From NCBI GenBank assembly GCA_963676395.1, contig OY781066.1, forward strand, positions 1,504,001 to 1,568,000: DNA of 64,000 bases, read 5' to 3'. A program made the position numbers and the translations under genes. Every line of letters starts with the position of its first letter. The stretch's first letter is position 1. This DNA comes from a bacterium (GTDB taxonomy: Bacteria > Fidelibacterota > Fidelibacteria > Fidelibacterales > Fidelibacteraceae). Shown here in pieces: positions 29,095-37,800 of this stretch. Under the pieces are notes generated by a model. That model was not told where the DNA came from and ran no database searches. It saw only the letters and a list, made by a program, of their open reading frames with translations.

Positions 29095-30120
29095 TTATTC
29101 CCATCCATCATCATTATCTTCTTCTAAATCATCAATATAAACTAAATTGTTTGGATAATTTGTAATTATGCTTGCTGTTGCAACTTTAATGGCAAATGAT
29201 GTTTTTTCATAAATTGCATCTGCAATACTATTATCGGATGGTGCCATTACGATAGTTTTTGTACCTTGTTTTTCTGTCCAAGCAACATTTGAGAAATAGT
29301 CACGTCCTATTTTATTGTTATGATAATCCATTTCACATTCCAAATTAAAATCTGCAAGGCTCATTGCTTGTGGTTTCTTTTGTCCCTCTTCATGTTTATC
29401 AGTAAATTTTTTTGCCCAGTTTACACATTTTTCAATTGAATTTTTTTTGTCACCAACATACTTTGCTATCAACACATTCCATATGGCATGCTTATATGCG
29501 TCTACAATATTTTTATATGAACGTATACCTGGGAATTTCCCCCATTCTTCATCGCTGGTTAATATGTTTGCTTGGTTAACAGCATCTCTGGTTGGAATTA
29601 TTAATCGAGGATGCCAGATTAATGTCCAAATTTCAGCAAAACTTATATTTGATCCATATCCACTAGCAGATTTACTTAAGCTAATTTGAGTTTTAGCAAG
29701 CGTATCAGCTAGTTCATATCTAATAATTTTTGTATAAAAGCTGTCTATAACATCAATATATTCATTAATATTATTTTCATTTAACTCTGAGAAATCATTT
29801 AATATTCTATCTATATTTGTTTCACTCAAATCAGTTGGATCAGGATATTTTTGCAAAATATTATCTGTAATTAAAGCTAGTTCTTCTAAGGTAATATCAA
29901 TATTATCATTGCTGATTTCTTTACCGAAACTTGATAAACTTTGGTAGTATAGGTTTTGTAGGTCGTTTAAATCCATATGTAAAACATTGTTATCAATTCC
30001 CACGGGCAATGTAACTTTAAATCCTTCAAAATTTGTCATGTCTATATCATCGTGATGTGTGAATTGACAACCAGTTATAATAACGGTAATTAAAACAAAA
30101 AAATAAATACTCTGTTTCAT
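29095..30120 (-). CDS. lipoprotein with DUF6973-like C-terminal domain (AT-rich)
   Basis: Lipobox ITGC; DAYKHAIWN, AKKFTDKHE, MDYHNN.IGR. Confidence 0.7.
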   Translation of the reverse strand: MKQSIYFFVLITVIITGCQFTHHDDIDMTNFEGFKVTLPVGIDNNVLHMDLNDLQNLYYQSLSSFGKEISNDNIDITLEELALITDNILQKYPDPTDLSETNIDRILNDFSELNENNINEYIDVIDSFYTKIIRYELADTLAKTQISLSKSASGYGSNISFAEIWTLIWHPRLIIPTRDAVNQANILTSDEEWGKFPGIRSYKNIVDAYKHAIWNVLIAKYVGDKKNSIEKCVNWAKKFTDKHEEGQKKPQAMSLADFNLECEMDYHNNKIGRDYFSNVAWTEKQGTKTIVMAPSDNSIADAIYEKTSFAIKVATASIITNYPNNLVYIDDLEEDNDDGWE

Positions 30121-30315
30121 TTTATCTACTTAATATTATTCGTTTGTTGAGGCAAGGATAGCTATAAATATTAATATTATCAAGAAATATGTTAACTTCT
30201 GAAGAAAGTAAATACACAAATAAAGTATAATCATAGATAAGCCACATGGTAATTGAAAATTTATCTTTTCCTTTTACCTCGTTTTTGTTTATTTTTATTT
30301 AAAAATAGGACTCTT

Positions 30316-30792
30316 ATGGACATAGTATTTATCATCATCGGTATACTTTTTATGATCTTTGGAATTGCAGGTTGTTTATTGCCGGTTATTCCCGGACCGC
30401 CATTGGCTTACATTGCTTTAATTATTTTGCATATGGCGCCCGGTCATTCATTTGATGGGAATTTTTTAATCATTATGGCAATTGTTGCCGTGGTCGCTAC
30501 CATTTTAGATAACTTTATGCCGGCATGGTCGGCTAAGAAGTCCGGAGGTTCTAAACGAGCCGTTTGGGGCTCGGTATTGGGACTTGCGGCAGGGATGATC
30601 TTTTTTCCACCTATTGGTTTGATCATTGGTCCTTTTATTGGAGCCGTGATCGGAGAACTTAGTACCGGAAAAGACGGAATCGACGCTTTAAAATCCGGAT
30701 TTAGTACTTTTGTCGGTTTTTTGGGTGGTGTGGTTCTTAAGCTTGTGGCTTCGGGAGTGATGTTGTTTTATTTTTTGAAAGAAGCGTTTTAA
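30316..30792 (+). CDS. DUF456 (YqgC-like) membrane protein
   Basis: G..LPVIPGPPL, K.SGGSK.A.WG, GLIIGPFIGA.IGE; start MDIVF (AGGA SD). Confidence 0.88.
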   Translation: MDIVFIIIGILFMIFGIAGCLLPVIPGPPLAYIALIILHMAPGHSFDGNFLIIMAIVAVVATILDNFMPAWSAKKSGGSKRAVWGSVLGLAAGMIFFPPIGLIIGPFIGAVIGELSTGKDGIDALKSGFSTFVGFLGGVVLKLVASGVMLFYFLKEAF

Positions 30793-30829
30793 GATAGTAT
30801 CTCGTAAAATATATAAAAATTAACCATGT

Positions 30830-30857
30830 GTAGGGAACGGTCGTGACCGTTCCTTAC
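30830..30857 (+). repeat. GTAG-type REP hairpin
   Basis: GTAGGGAACGGTC-GT-GACCGTTCCTTAC. Confidence 0.7.
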
Positions 30858-30900
30858 ATTTTTAATTGAAATAAATTACGCATTATTATTGCTATAAGTG

Positions 30901-30952
30901 AAAAAAGACAGCCGGGGAGGCTGCTCTTTTCTATATGTTCCCGGGGAGGGAA
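30901..30952 (-). ncRNA. candidate sRNA 3' region: two hairpins with identical UCCCC loops, last one a terminator
   Basis: TTCCC-GGGGA-GGGAA and CAGCC-GGGGA-GGCTG on plus strand; T6 tail on minus. Confidence 0.3.
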
Positions 30953-31229
30953 GGTAGGATAAATTTTTTCTTCATTGTTGAGACTCCCAAATATGTCAAA
31001 AGTTGCAGATTTATTTCATTTTGTTTAAATATTTTTTCTATTGTCCCTGTGTGGGAAGGAATGGATATTTATTTTATTCATTTGTTAAACACGGAATTTG
31101 GTGGAATGTTAATGAAATGTTTTAATCAAATTTTAAAGGGCGACACCCGTACAATTGCAGGAAAATAATATCCTGTTATCTCGTTTAAAGAAGTCTTGTC
31201 CATCCCGTCATATATCATCATGTTAAAAC

Positions 31230-31298
31230 ACAAAAGGCGTTCGTCATTCAACGAACGCCTTAACCCGGATGGGTGAAGAAGGATTTTTTACTCTCTCG
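31230..31298 (-). ncRNA. candidate ECF-dependent sRNA (about 65 nt)
   Basis: TAACT-N15-TGTC motif at 31329-31306; 11-bp stem terminator 31234-31261. Confidence 0.35.
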
Positions 31299-31398
31299 CA
31301 AATTAGACACAGAGGGTATATAGAAGTTAACAAAAAAATAATCATCGAATGTTAGGAAGCTCCGAAGTATTGGAGCGATCGTTTTCTGCAGAGTATAT

Positions 31399-31425
31399 AA
31401 AAAAACACCCGCCTTTCGACGGGTG
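31399..31425 (-). terminator. intrinsic terminator of 31456-32430 gene
   Basis: CACCCG/CGGGTG stem plus T7. Confidence 0.7.
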
Positions 31426-31455
31426 CTGTATGAAAGAATAAATTTATGATCGGTT

Positions 31456-32430
31456 TTATCGAACATGTAGGAACCAAGTGTTCATTTCTACCGGAGCATC
31501 TTTATCTAGAAAAGCTGCTGTTGCGATCATACGAACGCGAAGTTTACTCTGGCCACGGCCTTTCATAACGCTACCGCTATAGATATTATCGTCAGCTGTT
31601 AGATCTAAGCCTTCACCATCATCAAGCAGTTTAAAATAACGACCGGTAGAGCCGAGTACATTTACATCATCATCACCGTCGATCAGAACATAAACCTCAG
31701 TTGATTGACGTCCCGGACGTTCACGATATGATCCCCAGTCTTTTTTGCCACGAACAACGGGGTAAAGTTTTTCCGGATCATCATAAACAAGTGCAATTGA
31801 ATCATTGTCTGCTTCAAGTGTTACACTTTCAATTGAGTTTACTATGCCATCTGTTTCACCTGCTGCAATACTTTTAGCAGTTAGCTTCCAACGATATTCT
31901 ACTGTGTCACCGGCGGTTGAATCACTCATGCATGAATCTTCACATTCTACTTGAACAAACTGCATGTAAGAAGTTGTAACATAGGTGTAAGCTTTTTCCC
32001 ATACTTCCGGGGTGTCTACAATAGCGGTATCTCTCTGATTGATCTTTAGCGTACCTAAGATAGTTTTTGTCAACGTGACCATGGCGGTATCATCACTGGT
32101 ATATTCAATATCTTTTACTACATTGACCGAATCAATGCTTTGACGAACCATCATACGGACTTTTCTACGATTTCTTCCCTGTCCATTACCATTACCACCC
32201 GGACCGGGTGCAGCTTTTGCAAATGATTCGGGAATTTCAATTTCAATTTCTTCTTCAATTGCAGCTTCGATATCTGTGTCAGCAAGGATTTCAGCTTCAA
32301 TTAATTCTGCGAGATCAACATTATCAGTTGTTTCACCACCAAAATTCCATTCGCCTCCAAAGTCTCCCAAATTACAGGACGAGAGAGCTAGAAGCGCCAT
32401 GACCATCAGGCCAATAGTTAATTTTTTCAT
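31456..32430 (-). CDS. lipoprotein with C-terminal choice-of-anchor X-like motif
   Basis: Lipobox LSSC; LLDDGEGLDLTADDNIYSG; start MKKLT. Confidence 0.75.
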   Translation of the reverse strand: MKKLTIGLMVMALLALSSCNLGDFGGEWNFGGETTDNVDLAELIEAEILADTDIEAAIEEEIEIEIPESFAKAAPGPGGNGNGQGRNRRKVRMMVRQSIDSVNVVKDIEYTSDDTAMVTLTKTILGTLKINQRDTAIVDTPEVWEKAYTYVTTSYMQFVQVECEDSCMSDSTAGDTVEYRWKLTAKSIAAGETDGIVNSIESVTLEADNDSIALVYDDPEKLYPVVRGKKDWGSYRERPGRQSTEVYVLIDGDDDVNVLGSTGRYFKLLDDGEGLDLTADDNIYSGSVMKGRGQSKLRVRMIATAAFLDKDAPVEMNTWFLHVR

Positions 32431-32474
32431 GTTTTCCCTTTCGGTTTTGATTAACTCTTTTTCTCCAACTATAA

Positions 32475-32499
32475 GACACAGCATAAAGGGAAAAGGTTA
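32475..32499 (-). promoter_or_regulatory. putative ECF-type promoter
   Basis: TAACC-N16-TGTC(TTAT). Confidence 0.45.
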
Positions 32500-32649
32500 A
32501 GAGTTATACAAAATATTTTCTATTCGAATATAGCAATAATTGCATAAGGTGACAAAATAATTGTGCTAAGTGCAGTAAAATTAAGTGTTTCTTAATAAAA
32601 ACATAAAGAAGTAGAGAGTAAGGAGAAAAGAGTAAGAGTGTGAATTAAT

Positions 32650-32697
32650 GAGATGTCTCCGTTACTCCGCCAACTGGCGGATTCGGTCGAAATGACA
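32650..32697 (-). repeat. REP-like element with nested TCCGCCA-AC-TGGCGGA hairpin
   Basis: Minus strand TGTCATTTCGAC...GAGACATCTC; flanked by AG-rich heptamers. Confidence 0.5.
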
Positions 32698-32751
32698 TTA
32701 TTTTGGCTTCTCACTTTTACTTTTTTAACGATTCAACCTTGATTTTTACAT

Positions 32752-32780
32752 AAAAAAAGGGCTCAAAATATTGAGCCCCT
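32752..32780 (-). terminator. terminator after hflC
   Basis: GGGCTCAA/TTGAGCCC plus T7. Confidence 0.75.
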
Positions 32781-32806
32781 TCATTTATATCATTAATCAA
32801 TGTTGA

Positions 32807-33751
32807 TTAATTTGGCGTTACTTCTTTCAAGTATTTGTAAAAGTCACTATCGGTTGAAAGAATTAAGCTCGTACTGGAATCAAGTGCCTTTTCGTATGTT
32901 TCCATGGTTTTCATGAAAGCGTAGAATTCGCGAGATGCGGCATTCCTGTTATAGGCATCATTGTAGATCTTAGCGGCTGTAGCATCGGCTTTACCCATGA
33001 TCTCCTGTGCCGTACGTTTGGCTTCGGACTGGATACGTTTGAGTTCGCGTTGCTTTTCACCTGAAATACGGGATGCTTCACCTTGGCCTTCTGAACGATA
33101 TTTATCGGCAATTCGCTTACGCTCTGTGATCATACGTTCAAAGACGGTCTTTTGAACTTCTTTCACATAGTTGATGCGCTTGATCTTGAAATCCAGGATC
33201 TCAATGCCTAAGTCACCAACGCGACCGGCGGAGGCATGTAGGATTTCATCGGCGATCTTTTCACGACCATTCTTGATATCAACAAGAATACCTATATCCA
33301 TATCCATGGTGGGATCAGCCAGAGGCTTGCGATTTGAAGTTCTAACAACCTCGATCAGATCATGTTTTGCAAAGGTGGTGCGTGTTTCACCGTCAACGAT
33401 ATCATCAATACGGGACATGGCACCGCGTTCGTCACGTAGACGCTTGTAGAACAAAAGCGGATCGGTTATGCGCCATCTGGCATAGGTATCTACCCAGATA
33501 TAACGTTTATCTTTGGTTGTTACCTGGTTTGAGTCACCGCGCCATTCAAGGAAACGCTTGTCAAAAGTATGAACCGTTTCAAAGAAAGGCAGTTTAAGGT
33601 GTAAACCGGGGTTGGTGATAGTACGCACAGGTTTACCGAAACGCGTAACAATGGCCTGTTCTGGTTCATTCATAACGAATAAACCGCTTCCTACAACAAT
33701 GAGTAGCAAGAAGACCACAACAGCAAGAATAATTGATGTACTTCTTTTCAT
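32807..33751 (-). CDS. hflC: FtsH protease modulator HflC
   Basis: SPFH; RFGKP, PGLH.K.PF, VD.YARWRI.DP, RM..ER..IA..YRSEG. Confidence 0.95.
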   Translation of the reverse strand: MKRSTSIILAVVVFLLLIVVGSGLFVMNEPEQAIVTRFGKPVRTITNPGLHLKLPFFETVHTFDKRFLEWRGDSNQVTTKDKRYIWVDTYARWRITDPLLFYKRLRDERGAMSRIDDIVDGETRTTFAKHDLIEVVRTSNRKPLADPTMDMDIGILVDIKNGREKIADEILHASAGRVGDLGIEILDFKIKRINYVKEVQKTVFERMITERKRIADKYRSEGQGEASRISGEKQRELKRIQSEAKRTAQEIMGKADATAAKIYNDAYNRNAASREFYAFMKTMETYEKALDSSTSLILSTDSDFYKYLKEVTPN

Positions 33752-33761
33752 CTTGGCCTCC

Positions 33762-34715
33762 TTATTTGTTGTCCAGGTTTAGCAACGGTAAAACACCGGA
33801 GCTTTGTTCATCGATAACGAATTTTTTCTCCATCTTAGGTAGAACCTTGCTCATTGTTTCAAGATAGATACGCTGGCGAGTGATCTCTGGAGCTTTTTCG
33901 TATTCTTTTAGCACAGCAACAAAACGGGCAACGTCACCTTTGGCGCCGTTTACACGTTCGGATGCGTAACCTTCGGCATTTTGGATTGTCTGCTGAGCCT
34001 GACCTTTTGCTTTCGGGATAACCTTATTGTATTCCGAACGGGCCTGATTGATCAGCTTTTCTTTATCCTGCTGTGCCTGGTTTACTTCGTTGAACGATGC
34101 TTTCACCGCATCGGGTGGGTTCACATTCTGAAGAACGACTTGTTTAATACGAATACCGTTCTCGTACTGTTCACACAGTTCTTGTAAACCGGCTTCGACT
34201 TCTTGAGTGATCTCTTGTCGCCCAACCGTGAGTACTTCATTCAAAGTACGGTCACCAACCACTTTGCGCATGGTTGCTTCGCTCATATCACGTAATGTTG
34301 CTGTGGAATTACGTACTTTGAAAAGAAATTTGTATGGATCCTCAATACGAAATTGAATAATCCATTCAACTACGACCACATTAAGGTCGCCGGTGAGCAT
34401 CACCGATTCTGAGTTATAGTTTCTTGAGTACTGTGAAGTGACTCCGGCTTTTAATGTACGAAAACCGAATTCTTCTTTTAGCTGCCTTTCTACGGCAACC
34501 TGGTAGACCTTATCGATCACGGGGATTTTCAGGTGAAGTCCCGGTTCGGTGGTCTTGGTGTATTTGCCAAAGCGCAAAATAACACCAACATTTTCTGCCT
34601 GCACAACGTAAAAACCGCTCAAGATTCCAATCAAAACGATCAGAACGATCACGATATTGACAATGCGCTTAGCGTTGAGTGTCACACTGCGTCTGACATC
34701 ATCAGCATTTGCCAT
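33762..34715 (-). CDS. hflK: FtsH protease modulator HflK
   Basis: MLTGDLN, PP..VK.SF.EV..A.QD, IP.A.G.A, Y.KAP.IT..RIYLET. Confidence 0.95.
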   Translation of the reverse strand: MANADDVRRSVTLNAKRIVNIVIVLIVLIGILSGFYVVQAENVGVILRFGKYTKTTEPGLHLKIPVIDKVYQVAVERQLKEEFGFRTLKAGVTSQYSRNYNSESVMLTGDLNVVVVEWIIQFRIEDPYKFLFKVRNSTATLRDMSEATMRKVVGDRTLNEVLTVGRQEITQEVEAGLQELCEQYENGIRIKQVVLQNVNPPDAVKASFNEVNQAQQDKEKLINQARSEYNKVIPKAKGQAQQTIQNAEGYASERVNGAKGDVARFVAVLKEYEKAPEITRQRIYLETMSKVLPKMEKKFVIDEQSSGVLPLLNLDNK

Positions 34716-34827
34716 GATTTCCTCCGTTAATTTCCTGTTTGGCTGAATGTAAAAAATTATTTATCAATTTGATAATAATTTCGTAATTTTCCATGCAGTA
34801 AACAATCCTAATCTCTAAGGAGTTCCC

Positions 34828-37800
34828 GTGAATCCGCTTAAAACAGCTCTCGACTGTCAACGCTCCGTGTTTATCCAAGCCTGTGCAGGTGCAGGAAAGA
34901 CCTTTGCTCTTACCAAGCGATATGCCAATATTCTCGATTCTTTTTCTCAAGAATGCTTAAACGGCAAGAAAACCGGGTTATTGGGACCTAAAAATATTCT
35001 TGTGATCACATTTACCAAGAAAGCTGCGGGTGAAATGAAAGAGCGTATTCTTAGGGATGTGAATATACTGTTGTCCGGACATGAATTGAAAGACATGAAA
35101 GATCAGGGTTTTGATTTTTGTCCCAATCTCAGGAAAACGGACAATGAGGCTCTGGATAAATATAAAAAAGATCTGCAGGAGAATTTTTCGCAAAATGCCA
35201 TATCCACCATTGATTCCTTTTGCGCAGGTGTTCTGAGAGAGTTTGCCTATAAATTGGGGATTGATCCACAGTTTCTTTCTCAGGATGATCATGACACCAA
35301 AAAACTTTTAAATGAAAATCTGGAAATTTGGATCGCTCAAAAACTTAAAGATGCTCCCGATAGCTTTGATATCTTACTTGAGGATCTGGCTTTTTATCAA
35401 ATCAAGGATATCTTAAAAGGTATGATTGCTTCCAGGGAGATACTGGATGAGTATCTGGAAGATTTTGAAACAAAAAATGAAGATCAAATTTGGCAAGATT
35501 GGTTAAGACGATATACTTCTGATGTAGATACAATGACAATGGAGGTTAGGCTTCGAAGTTTATGGAATGAAGCTCAGGATAAATGTAAAGACAAGGGAGA
35601 TAATTTATATCAATTACTTGAGAAATTGGTAAATAGGACAGAACAACTAAAAGTTTATATAGACCCCAACGAGTATAAAAGCGCATTTATCAGTGAAGTG
35701 TTGAATAGAAAAGGTGATCTTTTAACCTTAAAGAATGGTAAGCTAGTATACAAAGTGAGTATGCCGGGAACTGCTAAAAACTGGAATGACAATTTTAAAA
35801 AAGATGCGCAAGAATGGTTTGATCATGTTAAAGACACGATCATTATTGATGATGTTTTAGGGACCCCAAGCCCTCAGGACAAAAAGATCATTCCGATTCT
35901 TAAAGATATTATTGCCAAATTCAGGGAGTTCGACGACTTTTTTAGAAACATTCGATTGGATCGTGATCTGCTTGATTTTTCGGATGTGATCATTTTAACT
36001 CATAAACTTTTAAGTGAACATGCGGATGTCCGTAGCATTCTTGCTAAACGTTATCAGCACATTCTTTTGGATGAGTTCCAAGATACCAATCCCTTGCGTT
36101 GGCAGATCATTGAAATGATCGTAAATGAGAATCCCAATATTAAATTATTTGTTGTGGGTGATCGCAAGCAATCGATTTACCGTTTTAATAATGCCGATGT
36201 TACCGTGATGGACACTGCCGAAAAAATGGTGGTTGAAAAATTGAAGGGCTTAAAGGTTGAGTTTAATGATAACTACCGTTCCTCTGAACAATTTATCAAT
36301 GAAGCGGTGAATCCTTTAATGAGTATGATCCTCAAATCCGTAGGAGAAGATAAAGAAGCCTACGAGGCTGATTTTGCCGCTACCGTTTCACCGATAAACA
36401 AACAAGGTATTTCACCTGCTCTTGAGACGATCTGGTGTCAAACAGGTAAAGACGAAGAGGAATATATTCCCGCTCACCACTGTGCTTATCAGGTCGAGCG
36501 CTTATTAAAAAAACATAAGAATAGTGAGATAGATCCCGGTGATGACAAACCGCTTGTTGCGGTGCTTTTACGTCGATATACCAAACTATCCGACTACATC
36601 CAGGCTTTTGGTAAACGCGGCATTCCCGTATCTATTCTAGGTGGAAAGGATTTTTATAAATCACCTGCTTTGAAGGATATTTTTCATTTAATATCTGTTT
36701 TGGATAATCCTTGGGATGATTTGGCGCTGATTGGACTTTTACGCTCTCCGTTTTTTAGTCTACCGGATCCCATTATTCATAAATTAGCCGGAAGAAAGCA
36801 TAATGTTTTTGATGCCATGGGTACTATCTCTGAACTGCAATCGGCATATCGTGAGATATTAACATGGAGAGAACAGAGTCAAACATTGGCTTTGGATACA
36901 TTGATCGCGAAGATCCTGGATGACAAAGATCGAGAACTTGGCTATGTTTCCGAACTGTTACCCGAGCAACAACTGGCGAATTTGGATAAAACCATCAATA
37001 TTATTCGTGGACTACAGCGAAGCGGCTCCACATTAAGAGAGATCAGGGAGTTTTTACATTACCAGATATTTACGGATGCCGATGAAGCGCAGGCCGCATA
37101 CCCCGCTAAAGCACGCGTGCATATTTTAACCGTGCATAAGGCTAAAGGACTGGAATATCCTATTGTACTTATTCCTGAGATGAATCAAAAGGGAAGAGGT
37201 GAGACCAATACATTACGTTATGGTCGTTATGAGGGTAATCACGAGATATCGCTGTCTTTGGGTGATGACGAAAAGCCCGGTCTCCTTATGCGTTTGAAAG
37301 ATATTATCAAGAAAGAAGAAGAGGCCGAGGATAAACGACTTTTTTATGTGGCAGTGACACGCGCCATTTATAAAGCGGTTTTGTTGGGTGAAGGAGAAAA
37401 AGCGACCAGGAATACTTGGTGGGCCAAATACGTTTTAGGAGTTGAGCAAGCCGATAAGGTTGATGAAACGTTGATGGAGACAGATTCTTGGGATGAAAAT
37501 ATTACTCAAGTTAGAAAAGAACAGGTTCTGAATATTTTAAATGTAGATACTCCGGGAAACTTGGATTGGAAAGAAAAAGAACAATTTGAAGAGCCCGGAA
37601 AATATCTTTATCGTTCTCCACATGACTTGATGGGGCAAAAAGAGGATTTTGATTTTTTCAAGATAAAAGGCGGACTTGGAACCGTACCGGGGAAGATATT
37701 TCACTATTGTATGGAGCAATTGTGGCTGGATGGAAAAGTAAATGCTCAAGAGATTACGCAGTATATAAAAAGTGAATATCCGGAATTTCCACATAAAGAC

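Noticed and set aside
28600..30250. Integron cassette
   Set aside because: No convincing attC core pair and no integrase.
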